A DNA stretch of 64,000 bases from an uncultured Planctomycetales bacterium. Its GTDB lineage: Bacteria > Omnitrophota > Gorgyraeia > Zapsychrales > JANLHA01. The DNA lies in the NCBI GenBank assembly GCA_964450385.1, contig CAYVEC010000007.1, forward strand, positions 5,977 through 69,976, read 5' to 3'. The notes under the pieces were generated by a model. That model worked only from the letters and a program-made list of their open reading frames with translations, was not told the origin of the DNA and searched no databases. Positions 44,819 to 55,030 of the stretch are shown here, piece by piece (positions within the stretch are counted from its first letter, which is position 1; every line of letters begins with the position of its first letter). The translations under genes and the position numbers were made by a program.

Positions 44819-46924
44819 ATGAAGCAAGGACGAGTAGAGGTTCCTTTCGGCGCATATAGTCTTGTGGTCGAAACGGGAAAATTGGCCAAGCAGGCCGGCG
44901 GCGCCGCGATGGTGACGTATGGCGGCAGCGCGGTGCTTGTGACGGCGTGTATGTCGAAGCAGCAACGTGAGGGGATTGATTTTTTTCCCTTGATGGTTGA
45001 GTATCAGGAGAAGACGTATTCCGCGGGGATGATCCCTGGTGGATTTTTTAAGCGCGAGGGTCGTCCGACCCAAAAGGAGGTTCTGACCTCCCGCATGATC
45101 GATCGTCCGATCCGGCCGCTCTTCCCTGAGGGGATGTTTAACGAGGTCCAGGTCGTAGCCACGGTCCTAAGCAGCGACGGTGAGTATGATCCCGATATCC
45201 TCGGGATGATCGGTGCCTCAGCGGCGCTTGAGATCTCCGAGATCCCGTTTATGGGACCGATCGGGGCGCTTCGGGTAGCGGTGATCGATGGGCAGATGGT
45301 CTTGAACCCATCGTATGAGCAGCGCGAAAAGGCGCAGGCCGAGTTCGTTGTCGCGGGGAAGGGTGACGGGCTCGTGATGATCGAGGGCGAAGCCGATCAG
45401 GTCTCGGAAGATGTTGTGATGGAAGCCCTGACCTTTGCCCAAGGGCAAATGGTGCCGATTCTTGAGCTGCAGCATGAGTTGAAACGGCAGGCGGGTAAGC
45501 CGAAGGCCGATGTGGCCACAAAGCCGGTCAATGAGAAGTTGCGTGATAAAATTCAAAACTTGTTCGGCGCTCGTTTGAGAGAGGCATATACGATCAGTGA
45601 TAAAGAGAAGCGTGAGGTCGCGCGTGAGGCCCTTTTTAGTGAGGCCGTGGCCGACATGTCGGTGTATGCCGATTGTCAGCCGAGCGAGGATGAGGAGATC
45701 AAGGCCGGCGCGGTACGGAATCTCTTTGAGCTCATGGAATATGATGAGGTCCGCCGGTTGATCTTTGAGCAGGGGCGCCGGGCCGATGGCCGCAAACTCG
45801 ATGAGGTCCGCGCGATCTCATGCGAGCCGGATATCCTGCCGCGGACGCATGGATCAAGCCTTTTTACGCGAGGGCAGACACAGAGTTTGGGTGTGATTAC
45901 TTTGGGGACAAAGCGTGATGAGCAGTTGGTCGAGGCGTTGGATGGAACGACCTACCAGAATTTCATGCTCCATTATAATTTTCCGTCGTTTAGTGTCGGC
46001 GAGGTTCGGCCGATGCGGGGACCGTCACGGCGCGATATCGGGCATGGGGCCTTGGCTGCGAAAGCCTTGAAAGGTGTTCTCCCGACAAAAGATGAGTTCC
46101 CGTATACGATCCGTATTGTCTCGGAGATCCTGGAGTCGAACGGGTCATCGAGTATGGCTACCGTGTGTTCTGGTTCACTGGCCCTGATGTGCGCTGGTGT
46201 GCCGATCAAGGCGGCCGTTGCCGGGATATCGATCGGGCTGGTTACGAAAGAAGGGAAGGCGCCGGTCTTGTTGACGGATATCATGGGCCTTGAAGATCAT
46301 TTCGGGGACATGGATTTTAAGGTGGCCGGCACCCGGAGTGGTGTGAACGCTATTCAGATGGATATTAAGATCCAGAATGTTGGGATTGACCTTCTTCGTC
46401 GGGCGTTGGAACAGGCGCGTACTGCGCGTCTTTATATCCTGGATCAGATGGCGGCGAAGATTGATAGGCCGCGCGCTGAGGTTTCGGAGTTCGCGCCGAA
46501 GATCATGACCTGTATGGTGCCGGAGGAGAAGATCGGTGCGGTTATCGGCCCAAGCGGCAAGACGATCAAAAAGATGATCGAGGATTTTGCTGTGGAGTCG
46601 ATTGACATCGATGATGACGGCAAGGTCTTTGTTTCGTCGATCAAACGCGAGAACGCGGAGAAGGCGGTCGAGTATATCAAGGGATTCGCCGAAGAACCTG
46701 AGGTCGGAAAGATCTATGAGGCAACGGTTCGGCGCATTATGAATTTTGGCGCTTTCTGTGAGTTCCTTCCGGGCCGCGAAGGCATGGTCCACGTTTCGGA
46801 ACTCGCTAAAAACTACGTCAAGGACTGTAATGATGTGGTGAAAGTCGGTGATCGGATCAAGGTCAAACTATTCGAGATCGACAAAATGAAGCGGTATAAC
46901 CTCAGCAAGAAGCAGGCTGAGTAG
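44819..46924 (+). CDS. pnp: Polyribonucleotide nucleotidyltransferase (PNPase)
   Basis: Two RNase PH domains, KH (IGAVIGPSGKTIKK) and S1; 701 aa; after rpsO. Confidence 0.95.
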   Translation: MKQGRVEVPFGAYSLVVETGKLAKQAGGAAMVTYGGSAVLVTACMSKQQREGIDFFPLMVEYQEKTYSAGMIPGGFFKREGRPTQKEVLTSRMIDRPIRPLFPEGMFNEVQVVATVLSSDGEYDPDILGMIGASAALEISEIPFMGPIGALRVAVIDGQMVLNPSYEQREKAQAEFVVAGKGDGLVMIEGEADQVSEDVVMEALTFAQGQMVPILELQHELKRQAGKPKADVATKPVNEKLRDKIQNLFGARLREAYTISDKEKREVAREALFSEAVADMSVYADCQPSEDEEIKAGAVRNLFELMEYDEVRRLIFEQGRRADGRKLDEVRAISCEPDILPRTHGSSLFTRGQTQSLGVITLGTKRDEQLVEALDGTTYQNFMLHYNFPSFSVGEVRPMRGPSRRDIGHGALAAKALKGVLPTKDEFPYTIRIVSEILESNGSSSMATVCSGSLALMCAGVPIKAAVAGISIGLVTKEGKAPVLLTDIMGLEDHFGDMDFKVAGTRSGVNAIQMDIKIQNVGIDLLRRALEQARTARLYILDQMAAKIDRPRAEVSEFAPKIMTCMVPEEKIGAVIGPSGKTIKKMIEDFAVESIDIDDDGKVFVSSIKRENAEKAVEYIKGFAEEPEVGKIYEATVRRIMNFGAFCEFLPGREGMVHVSELAKNYVKDCNDVVKVGDRIKVKLFEIDKMKRYNLSKKQAE

Positions 46925-46985
46925 ATTGTGATCGGATCCGGCAGAGGCTGAATCCTGCGCCGGTGAAATCTTGTTGAAGTTCTGG

Positions 46986-47057
46986 CGTTCACTTATTTTT
47001 AATGTTACTATAAGACTCATTCATAGTATTAATTAAAAGTAAGTGAACGTTTTTTTT
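46986..47057 (+). terminator. Long-range hairpin (10-bp perfect stem CGTTCACTTA/TAAGTGAACG, 44-nt AT-rich loop) plus T8, pnp terminator-like
   Basis: Stem arms 46986-46995 and 47040-47049; T-run 47050-47057. Confidence 0.5.
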
Positions 47058-47084
47058 GGGGGTTCCTGAGTCCTGGCTGTCCTC

Positions 47085-49415
47085 ATGAAAAAAGAATATA
47101 TTGATGAAATCAAAGGGGTGATCATTCTGTCGGTGGGGCTCGTCCTCTTGGCGAGCCTTATATCGTTCACGCCCGGCGACCTCGCCTGGTATTCCTCCCA
47201 TCCGAACGTCCCGGCCCATAACCTTGTGCGTATCGTCGGGGCGTATCTTGCCGGGTCGATCCTGTTCGTCTTTGGGTATAGCGCCTATTTTTTGGCGGTT
47301 TTCCTGGTCTTCTGGAGCTGGAATAAATTCAGCGGCCGTGATATTGATTTTACCCTGTCGAAGACTGTTTGCGCCGTCGTCGCCTTTTCATCCCTGAGCA
47401 CGCTTTTTAGCATGACCGGGCCTCAGCTTGATACAGCGCAGTTTACTCGGGGGGGCGCTGTGGGGTTCTTGGCCGCCAATCCCATGATCCAATATTTGGG
47501 GTGGACCGGGTCGTTTATTTTTCTTGTAGCCTTGGGGGCCGTGACCTTGATCATTACGGCGGAATGCCTTGTATCGCCTCTTGTTATGAGAGGGATCGAG
47601 GCGGTGAAGGTCTTGATGATGAGTATTCATGAAATGATCGAGGCGCGTCGTGCATCCTCGCGGCCGGCGGTGCGGCGCATTGATGAGGGAAAAAAAGCAA
47701 GGGCTGTCCGACCCCCCGTCCGGCCGAAGAAAGACGATGGTGCGGCGGCGCAGACCCGTGAGGTTGACGAAGAGGAAGAAAGCACGGAAGAGGCCCCGGA
47801 GACGATCGCAGTTCAGGCGCCTAAAAAGGCGCCGGCCAAACCCGTGATCCGGATCGCCAATACGGTCACGGAAAAGGCGCGGGATGTCGAGCCCAAACAG
47901 GTCGGCGAATATCATCTGCCGTCGATGGAGCTTCTTAATGACCCGCCGGTTATTTCGACGAGCCGTCTTCAAAGTGATCTCGAGGATGGGGCCCAGACGC
48001 TTGAAACCATGCTCCGGGATTTTAATGTGAGCGCTCGCGTGGCGGACATCGAACGCGGTCCGGTGATCACCCGGTATGAATTGGAACCGGCGCCGGGCGT
48101 TAAGGTCCAGCGGATCACAACGCTCGCGGATGACATCGCCCTGGCGATGCGGGTCGCGGCGGTCCGCATCGTGGCGCCGATCCCGGGTAAGAACCGGGTT
48201 GGGATCGAAGTCCCCAACAGCGCCAAGGCCCCGGTCTATCTCAAAGAGGTTCTCGCGACGCCAAAGTTTCAGGGCGCGAAATCGAAGCTGACGCTCGCTT
48301 TAGGGAAGGACATTTCTGGCGTGCCGCTCATCGCGGACCTCTCGGATATGCCGCATCTGTTGATCGCGGGCACGACGGGTGCCGGCAAGACCGTTTGCGT
48401 GAACACGATCATCATGTCGATGCTCTTTAATTCATCACCCGAGGATCTGAAGTTCCTGATGGTCGATCCGAAAATGGTTGAGCTCGCCCCCTATAATGAG
48501 CTTCCGCACATGCTCTGCCCGGCGGTGACCGATGCGAAGAAGGTCGCCTCGGCCTTGAACTGGGTGGTGAGCGAGATGGAGCACCGCTATAAACTTTTAT
48601 CCAAGGCCTCGGCACGGAATATTAAGGGGTATCATGAGAAGGGGCTTGCCATGCCCTATATCGTTGTGATCGTGGATGAGCTGGCGGACCTCATGCAGGT
48701 CTCGGCGAAGACGATCGAGAGCGCGATTACCCGTCTGGCCCAGCTCTCTCGCGCGGTTGGGATCCATCTGATCCTCGCGACACAGCGTCCGTCGGTTGAT
48801 GTCATTACCGGGGTCATTAAGGCGAATTTTCCTGCTCGGGTCTCGTTCAAGGTCGCGTCAAAGGTCGATTCGCGGACTGTGTTGGATATGAACGGCGCTG
48901 AGACGCTCTTGGGCAAGGGGGATCTTCTGTTTATTCAGCCTGGGGACGCGAAACCAACCCGCGGGCAGTGCAGTTTTGTCTCGGACCAGGAGGTCTCGCG
49001 CGTGATTGATTTTATCAAGAAACAGCAGACCCCTGAGTATGACGACGCGATCCTCTCCCAGCAGACAAGCGCCGGATCAGGCTCGGGAGAGGATCATGAC
49101 GAACTGTATGATGAGGCGGTTCGTCTGGTCATTGAGACGAATCAGGCCTCGGTGACGCTCCTTCAGCGCCGAATGCGGTTGGGATACACGCGCGCGGCGC
49201 GGTTGATTGATATGATGGAGCAGGGCGGGGTTGTTGGGCCCTATTGCGGTAGCAAGGCCCGCGATATTCTCGTTGACCGGGAGCAGTGGCTGTTGACACA
49301 TATGAACGATGAGGGGGCCACAGCGGCCGGTGACAGTCAGGATGATGAAGGGATGAGCGCGGATGATGAGACAGAGGGCGATGAAGATCAGGACGATGGC
49401 GAGACCAATGGATAA
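47085..49415 (+). CDS. ftsK: DNA translocase FtsK (4 TM, linker, motor, gamma domain)
   Basis: Walker A GTTGAGKTVC, RecA-like motor, C-terminal winged-helix gamma (...LLQRRMRLGYTRAARLIDMMEQ...). Confidence 0.9.
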   Translation: MKKEYIDEIKGVIILSVGLVLLASLISFTPGDLAWYSSHPNVPAHNLVRIVGAYLAGSILFVFGYSAYFLAVFLVFWSWNKFSGRDIDFTLSKTVCAVVAFSSLSTLFSMTGPQLDTAQFTRGGAVGFLAANPMIQYLGWTGSFIFLVALGAVTLIITAECLVSPLVMRGIEAVKVLMMSIHEMIEARRASSRPAVRRIDEGKKARAVRPPVRPKKDDGAAAQTREVDEEEESTEEAPETIAVQAPKKAPAKPVIRIANTVTEKARDVEPKQVGEYHLPSMELLNDPPVISTSRLQSDLEDGAQTLETMLRDFNVSARVADIERGPVITRYELEPAPGVKVQRITTLADDIALAMRVAAVRIVAPIPGKNRVGIEVPNSAKAPVYLKEVLATPKFQGAKSKLTLALGKDISGVPLIADLSDMPHLLIAGTTGAGKTVCVNTIIMSMLFNSSPEDLKFLMVDPKMVELAPYNELPHMLCPAVTDAKKVASALNWVVSEMEHRYKLLSKASARNIKGYHEKGLAMPYIVVIVDELADLMQVSAKTIESAITRLAQLSRAVGIHLILATQRPSVDVITGVIKANFPARVSFKVASKVDSRTVLDMNGAETLLGKGDLLFIQPGDAKPTRGQCSFVSDQEVSRVIDFIKKQQTPEYDDAILSQQTSAGSGSGEDHDELYDEAVRLVIETNQASVTLLQRRMRLGYTRAARLIDMMEQGGVVGPYCGSKARDILVDREQWLLTHMNDEGATAAGDSQDDEGMSADDETEGDEDQDDGETNG

Positions 49416-49436
49416 GGGTTCGGAAGGGAGGGGGTC

Positions 49437-50321
49437 ATGACGCAGAGCGGGGCGTATAAAAAATCAGCCGGTCAGCTGCTCAAAGAGGCAAGGGAGAATA
49501 AGGGATTGTCTCTCATGACTGTGCATGAGATGACGAAGATCCCGCTCGATGTGCTAAAGGCGATCGAAGAGGGGTATACGGTGAGGACCCTGTCCTCTTT
49601 TTATTTGCGGGGTTTTGTTAAAATGTATGCCCAGTATCTTGATGTCGATCTTCATGATGTTCTCGATGCGCCGGTCCCTGAACGGCCCGAACCCAAGCCG
49701 GTTGCCCCTCCGCCCAAAAAGGTCCTTCCGCCGAAGGAAGTTGATGTCGATGTTTTTTTAACGAAAGAACGACAGCGTCAGATCTTTCAGGGGATCGTCC
49801 TGCTTCTTGTTCTTTTTGGTATTGTTAAGATCGGGGGGTGCCTCCTTAAGAAAGGGCGGCAGCCGAAGACCCCGGCAAAGGCTGTTGCGGTGGGCGCGGC
49901 TGTTGATGCTGGCCGAGGCGCGGCCCCGGTGCCGAAGGCCCGTCCCGCAGAGACCGCGCCGGCTCAGTCGGCAGCCTCGACACCGGAGTCGAAGGCGGCT
50001 GTTGAAAAGACGGTGGCCGTTACGCCGGAGAAACCCGTGCCAGAGGCTAAGAAGGCGGCCGAGGGGGTCCGTTTGACCGTTAGGATGAGGAAGGGCGGAT
50101 GGCTTCAGGTTAAGGTTGATGATAAGATCGTGCTTCAGTCCACAGTCCGTGAGGGGGCGGTCGAGACCTGGAAGGCCGAACGGGAGATCGAGCTCTCGGG
50201 ACGTATTGTCCATGACCTTGAGTTTGAGCTGAACGGCAAGATATTGGGTTCCCTGGGTCGGGCCGACGGCAGTGTACGAAAAGTCGTGATCACGAAGGAC
50301 GGCCTTTCCGTTAAAAATTAA
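49437..50321 (+). CDS. rodZ: RodZ-like cytoskeletal protein (HTH, TM, DUF4115)
   Basis: N-terminal HTH ...LLKEARENKGLSLMTVHEMTKIP...FYLRGFVKMYAQYL; central TM; Pro/Ala-rich linker. Confidence 0.55.
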   Translation: MTQSGAYKKSAGQLLKEARENKGLSLMTVHEMTKIPLDVLKAIEEGYTVRTLSSFYLRGFVKMYAQYLDVDLHDVLDAPVPERPEPKPVAPPPKKVLPPKEVDVDVFLTKERQRQIFQGIVLLLVLFGIVKIGGCLLKKGRQPKTPAKAVAVGAAVDAGRGAAPVPKARPAETAPAQSAASTPESKAAVEKTVAVTPEKPVPEAKKAAEGVRLTVRMRKGGWLQVKVDDKIVLQSTVREGAVETWKAEREIELSGRIVHDLEFELNGKILGSLGRADGSVRKVVITKDGLSVKN

Positions 50322-50388
50322 TCGATGATGTGTGAGACGCCTTCGGCCGGTCAGCCCGACGGCCAAGGCCGCCGCCTCGAAAGACGAC

Positions 50389-51642
50389 ATGAAACATGCT
50401 GTGTGTATGATCAGTCTTGGATGTGTCCGCAATCTTGTCGATTCGCAGGTCATGTTGGGTGCCATCCGCGACGGCGAGGTGGAGGTTGTGGACCTTGACC
50501 GCGCGGAGACCGTGATCGTGAACACCTGCGGATTTATTGAAGAGGCCAAGCAGGAGTCGCTCGACACCATCGCTGGGCTGATTGACCTAAAGAAGCGGGG
50601 CGAGATTCGGCATCTTGTGGTCGCCGGTTGTCTTGTGCAGCGTTATGTTGATGTGTTACATGGGGAGTTCCCTGAGATCGACGCCTTTATTGGGGTCCAG
50701 GAGCTTCTCCAAGACCGTGTCCCGGTGCAGCGGCCGCTCACTCCGCCGCACATGGCGTATCTGAAGATCTGCGAGAGCTGTTATAATCATTGCGCGTTTT
50801 GCGCGATTCCTAAGATTAAGGGACGGTTTGTTTCTCGCACGATCGAGTCGGTCTGCGATGAGGTGCGCGGTCTGGATCGTCGGGGTGTCAAAGAACTGAA
50901 TATCGTCGGTCAGGATATTACGGCCTATGGGATGGACCTCTATCGTCAACAGTCGCTCGCTCGATTGCTCCGCCAGATCTGCCGAGGGCTTGAACATATT
51001 CGATGGGTCCGGCTCCTGTATGCCTTCCCGGCCCATATCACGGAGGAATTGATCGGTGTGATCGCTGAGGAACCGCGGATCTGTAAATACGTGGATGTCC
51101 CGCTCCAGCACTGCAGCGATCCTATTCTTACGGCGATGAATCGCAGATTTTCACAGGCTCAGATCCGAGACCTCATTGGGCGCCTGCGTTCCCGGATCCC
51201 GGGGGTGCGGATCCGCACGGCGTTTATTACCGGGCTCCCAGGGGAACGCGAACGGGATTTTGAGGAATTGCTTGATTTTGTCCGGGAAATGCGTTTTGAT
51301 AAGGTCGGTGTCTTTGCGTATTCGCCTGAGGAAGGGACCCCCGCGTTCAACATGAGGGGCCGGGTTCCGGGAAAAGAGGCCAAACGCCGTCGTGATCTCG
51401 TGATGGAGGCTCAACAGGTGATCTCGCGGGAGCTGCAGGCTGCTTATGTTGGGAAGGCAATGACCGTTCTTATCGAGGAGCGCCAGGAGGATGGGATTTA
51501 CGTGGGTCGAAGTGAGTATGATGCCCCGGATGTTGATGGTGTTGTGTATGTCCAAACAGAGCGCACGCTTGCCATCGGAGATTTTTACGAGGTCATGATC
51601 ACCGATGCCTATGAATATGATCTGGCCGGAGAGGCGAGATGA
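50389..51642 (+). CDS. rimO: Ribosomal protein S12 methylthiotransferase RimO (radical SAM, TRAM)
   Basis: ISLGCVRNLVDS, radical-SAM CESCYNHCAFC, C-terminal ...EYDLAG; co-linear match to RimO rather than the longer MiaB. Confidence 0.8.
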   Translation: MKHAVCMISLGCVRNLVDSQVMLGAIRDGEVEVVDLDRAETVIVNTCGFIEEAKQESLDTIAGLIDLKKRGEIRHLVVAGCLVQRYVDVLHGEFPEIDAFIGVQELLQDRVPVQRPLTPPHMAYLKICESCYNHCAFCAIPKIKGRFVSRTIESVCDEVRGLDRRGVKELNIVGQDITAYGMDLYRQQSLARLLRQICRGLEHIRWVRLLYAFPAHITEELIGVIAEEPRICKYVDVPLQHCSDPILTAMNRRFSQAQIRDLIGRLRSRIPGVRIRTAFITGLPGERERDFEELLDFVREMRFDKVGVFAYSPEEGTPAFNMRGRVPGKEAKRRRDLVMEAQQVISRELQAAYVGKAMTVLIEERQEDGIYVGRSEYDAPDVDGVVYVQTERTLAIGDFYEVMITDAYEYDLAGEAR

Positions 51643-52211
51643 AACAGCTTCCGAATATATTAACAGTGTTGCGGATCGTCATGACCGCGGTGCTTATTGA
51701 CCTTTTTTTGCATGGGGGCGCAGGCTTCAGGTTCGGGGCGGGCCTTCTCTTCATAGGGGCTGCGGTCACGGACTTTTTTGACGGTTATCTCGCTCGGCGA
51801 TATGAGGTGATCAGCCGTTTTGGTAAGATCATGGATCCGATCGCGGACAAATTTCTTATGCTTTCCGTCTTTGCCCTTTTTGTCGTTGACGGGATCATGC
51901 CGTTGTGGATCCTGATCGTTATTGCCATGCGCGAGATCGGGATCACCGTCTGGCGCTTGATGGTCATGGCCCGAGGAGCGGTTCTGGCGGCCGAGCGTGC
52001 CGGCAAGATCAAGACGGTCATCCAGATGGTGACCGCGAGCCTCATGTTCGCTTTCATTATTGCGCGTGATGCCGGGATCGCCGGGGCGTCGGTTCTCGAG
52101 CTCGGGGCTCTTTTGGGTCAGGGGTTGTTTTATCTTACCGCTGGGGTCACGCTTGTATCGGGCTTCCTGGCGGTCCGGCAATATACAAGGCGGGAGAGGC
52201 CCGCGGTATAG
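51639..52211 (+). CDS. pgsA: CDP-diacylglycerol--glycerol-3-phosphate 3-phosphatidyltransferase
   Basis: D-G-x-x-A-R...G...D-P-x-A-D-K motif (DFFDGYLARR...GKIMDPIADK); 190 aa; co-linear with E. coli PgsA. Confidence 0.85.
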   Translation: MKQLPNILTVLRIVMTAVLIDLFLHGGAGFRFGAGLLFIGAAVTDFFDGYLARRYEVISRFGKIMDPIADKFLMLSVFALFVVDGIMPLWILIVIAMREIGITVWRLMVMARGAVLAAERAGKIKTVIQMVTASLMFAFIIARDAGIAGASVLELGALLGQGLFYLTAGVTLVSGFLAVRQYTRRERPAV

Positions 52212-52223
52212 GAAGAGGGGGAT

Positions 52224-52679
52224 ATGATGGATCAGAGATGGATCAAAATGATGTCAACGTTTTTTTATATTGGGTATGCGCCATTCGCCCCGGGAACGCT
52301 CGCGAGCCTCGCGGGAATGGTCCTTGCCTTAGTGTTAGGCGGTCAGACGGCGGTATATCTCATCTGCCTGGCGGTGGTGACAGGCACCGGGTTTGCTGTG
52401 AGCGGGGACATGGAGCGGATCGAAGGCAAGAAGGATCCGGGATATATTGTTATTGATGAGGTGGCCGGGATCATGATCGCCTGTTTTCTGCTGCCTATGA
52501 CGGCGGCCGTGGCCTGGACGACATTTTTCTTGTTTCGCGCCTTTGATATGTTTAAAATATATCCGGCGAACCGTTGTGAGGCCTTGGGTGGTAGCCGCGG
52601 CATCATGATGGATGATATCGTGGCGGGTCTCTACACCAATCTGATCATGCGCGTCGCGCTTTTTTTCATTGGGGGGTAA
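52224..52679 (+). CDS. pgpA: Phosphatidylglycerophosphatase A
   Basis: FFYIGYAPFAPGTLASLAGM... PgpA N-terminal signature; ~150 aa. Confidence 0.8.
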   Translation: MMDQRWIKMMSTFFYIGYAPFAPGTLASLAGMVLALVLGGQTAVYLICLAVVTGTGFAVSGDMERIEGKKDPGYIVIDEVAGIMIACFLLPMTAAVAWTTFFLFRAFDMFKIYPANRCEALGGSRGIMMDDIVAGLYTNLIMRVALFFIGG

Positions 52680-52705
52680 CTCGAGGGGGCTGTTACAAGG
52701 AGGGG

Positions 52706-53473
52706 ATGATGTTCCGTACAAGCAATCCGGCATTACGACCAGAGGCTTTTCGTGAGGCCCAGGGGTACGGCGGTGAGGTCATGACGATCTCCGGGGCCGT
52801 GAATAAGTGCTTTATCCTTTTGGCGCTGATCGCCTTATCAGCGTCGTGGATTTGGGGGAAGATGATGAGCGCGCCCTTGGCTGAGTATGGGGCAGCGCCG
52901 ATCAATGTTTCGTTTCAGGGATATGTGGTCTTTGGGGCCGTGGCCGGATTTGTGTTGGCCTTGGTCACGATCTTTAAAAAAGAATGGGCGCGGATCACAG
53001 CTCCGCTCTATGCGCTCTGCGAGGGGCTTGTATTAGGCGGCATCTCAGCGCTTTATCAGTACCAGTACGGCGGGATCGTGCTTCAGGCTGTTGGCCTGAC
53101 CCTGGCCGTGACGGTGACCATGCTTGTGATCTATCAGACCCGGTTGATCCAGGTGGATCAAAAGTTTTTGATGGGGCTGAGCATGGCCATGGGCGGGCTG
53201 CTCATTGTCTATCTCTGTAATTGGATCTTCATGTTTTTTGGCCGCGAGCTCTCGTTTATCTACAGCTCATCACCGATGGGAATTATCTTTAGCCTTTTTG
53301 TCTGCGCTCTCGCTGCGTTCAATCTCCTCGTTGACTTTTGGGTGATCGAGGAAGGGGCGCGTCAAGGCGCGCCGAAACACATGGAATGGTATGCGGCGTT
53401 TGGGCTCATGGTGACCCTGGTTTGGTTATACCTCGAGATCCTTCGACTCTTGGCAAAGGCTCGCCGACGATAA
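52706..53473 (+). CDS. Bax-inhibitor-1/YccA-family 7-TM membrane protein
   Basis: N-terminal SNPALRPEAFRE..., then 7 hydrophobic segments, basic C-terminus. Confidence 0.7.
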   Translation: MMFRTSNPALRPEAFREAQGYGGEVMTISGAVNKCFILLALIALSASWIWGKMMSAPLAEYGAAPINVSFQGYVVFGAVAGFVLALVTIFKKEWARITAPLYALCEGLVLGGISALYQYQYGGIVLQAVGLTLAVTVTMLVIYQTRLIQVDQKFLMGLSMAMGGLLIVYLCNWIFMFFGRELSFIYSSSPMGIIFSLFVCALAAFNLLVDFWVIEEGARQGAPKHMEWYAAFGLMVTLVWLYLEILRLLAKARRR

Positions 53474-53490
53474 AAAAATGACGTTTCGCA

Positions 53491-53523
53491 CCGGGCAGGG
53501 AGACATCTCTGCCCGGTTTTTTT
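53491..53523. terminator. Bidirectional rho-independent terminator between convergent BI-1 and thpR genes
   Basis: CCGGGCAG-ggagacatct-CTGCCCGG stem, T7 downstream and A7 upstream. Confidence 0.8.
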
Positions 53524-54103
53524 ATGCCAGGGGGACGGAGGCCAGGGCTGTATATTCAGATCCCTGTGGGGTCAGGGTGCTTTGATAAAGGGTCAGGGCC
53601 GTGAACGACCCTTCCCAGGGTGGAAGAAAGCCTGGTGCGTCGATGTCGTTCAGAGTCTCGGGATCGGGACGGGCTGTGAGCCGCGCGAGGGTCAGGTGGG
53701 GGATCAGGATCTCGGAGGGCCGGGAGAATCCGAGGGGGATCAGGGCGTTATTGAGGGCCTCGTAAATTGAAGCGATAAGGGGGGGTTCCCGTGAGGAGCC
53801 GATCCAGAGGATCCGGGGCCGGTTGAGGTCAGGGAAACATCCGAACCGATCGAAGGTGAGGGTCACGCGAACGGGCGTCGGGAACCAGGTCGAAAGCCCT
53901 GTCGTGATCATTCGTACTGTTAGAGGATCGCATTCGCCAAGAAAGCGCATCGTGAGATGGATATTCGATGGCGGGAGCCATCGGGCAGGGAGCCGGAACG
54001 TTCGGAGACGGTCTTGAAGTGCGGTGAATTTTCGCGTATCGTCGAGAGAAGGGGTTAGGGCCAGAAAACAACGGATCGTTGTTTCAGTGGTTTTTTCGGG
54101 CAT
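53522..54103 (-). CDS. thpR: RNA 2',3'-cyclic phosphodiesterase (2H family, LigT/ThpR)
   Basis: Two H-x-T-x motifs (IHLTMRF and PHLTLARL) in ~190 aa. Confidence 0.8.
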   Translation of the reverse strand: MPEKTTETTIRCFLALTPSLDDTRKFTALQDRLRTFRLPARWLPPSNIHLTMRFLGECDPLTVRMITTGLSTWFPTPVRVTLTFDRFGCFPDLNRPRILWIGSSREPPLIASIYEALNNALIPLGFSRPSEILIPHLTLARLTARPDPETLNDIDAPGFLPPWEGSFTALTLYQSTLTPQGSEYTALASVPLA

Positions 54104-54111
54104 GGGAACGG

Positions 54112-54579
54112 TCAGGTTAAGAATTCGAGCAGGAGATCAAGGGCCTGGGTGGCGGCCTGCTGTTTGATCTGGGTACGCGTCCCGGGGAATTTGCATTTGA
54201 GGCACAGGGTCTCGTCCTCGGTCGCGATCGCGATAAAAACCAGGCCAACGGGCTTGGCTCGAGTGCCGCCGCCGGGTCCAGCGATGCCTGAGATCCCGAT
54301 TCCAAAATTTGTTTGTATCATGAGCCGCACGCCACGCGCCATGGCAATGGCCACATCCTGGGATACGGCGCCCTGATCCCGGAGCAGGTCAAACGGGACT
54401 TTGAGGAGATTGATTTTCGCGGTATTGCTGTAGGCCACGATTCCGAGGGTCATGGCCTCAGAGGCCTTGGGCACATTGGTGAGCCGATGGGCGAGGAGTC
54501 CGCCAGAACACGATTCGGCAACGGCCAGAGTTTGATGATTTTCAATGAGAAGGGAGATGACCTTTTCTTCTTTAAGCAT
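54112..54579 (-). CDS. CinA C-terminal domain protein / NMN amidohydrolase PncC-like
   Basis: ...TLAVAESCSGGLLAHRLTNVPKAS... CinA_C signature; ~155 aa. Confidence 0.8.
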   Translation of the reverse strand: MLKEEKVISLLIENHQTLAVAESCSGGLLAHRLTNVPKASEAMTLGIVAYSNTAKINLLKVPFDLLRDQGAVSQDVAIAMARGVRLMIQTNFGIGISGIAGPGGGTRAKPVGLVFIAIATEDETLCLKCKFPGTRTQIKQQAATQALDLLLEFLT

Positions 54580-54666
54580 ACATATATTATATATAAAAGA
54601 AGGGAAAATGAAAGGATAAAATATTGAAAAATCCATCATTTTTATTCAATATCACGTACAAATGCC

Positions 54667-54695
54667 TTGACTTTTTTTGATCGTTCCACTATAGT
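54667..54695 (+). promoter_or_regulatory. Sigma70 promoter TTGACT-17-TATAGT of the rib operon
   Basis: Read directly; TSS predicted ~54702. Confidence 0.65.
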
Positions 54696-54701
54696 AGACA
54701 C

Positions 54702-54890
54702 TACTTTCGGGATTGTTCGGCACCTCGTGCCGGACCGGGTGAAATTCCCAGCTGGTAGTGATTCATCCGCAGAGGATGAAAAGCCTACGACCCCTGAAAC
54801 AGTGTTTCTGGGTTGACCAAGTGAAGCGGTCATTGGATCGCGAGTCTTGGGCCAATAGTATAGCCTAGATGGGAGAAAGTAACGGCATTA
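54702..54890 (+). promoter_or_regulatory. FMN riboswitch (RFN element) aptamer
   Basis: Conserved CUUUCGGG, GGGUGAAAUUCCC, GGUAGUG, AGCC..CGACCCC, ...GAUGGGAGAAAGUAACGG, co-linear with the B. subtilis ribD RFN. Confidence 0.85.
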
Positions 54891-54944
54891 GGTGCCGCAT
54901 GCTGAAGGAAAGCGGATAGGATGGTGCGTCCGTTCTCATATTAT

Positions 54945-54975
54945 CCCGAGAGAGATCTTGGGATTTTTTATTTTG
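54945..54975 (+). terminator. Riboswitch expression-platform terminator (attenuator)
   Basis: CCCGAGA-gag-TCTTGGG hairpin followed by ATTTTTTATTTT. Confidence 0.65.
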
Positions 54976-55030
54976 GCAGAGGCTAGGGAAGGGATCTTTT
55001 AACGGGGGTATCCAACAAAGAGAGAGGGAT

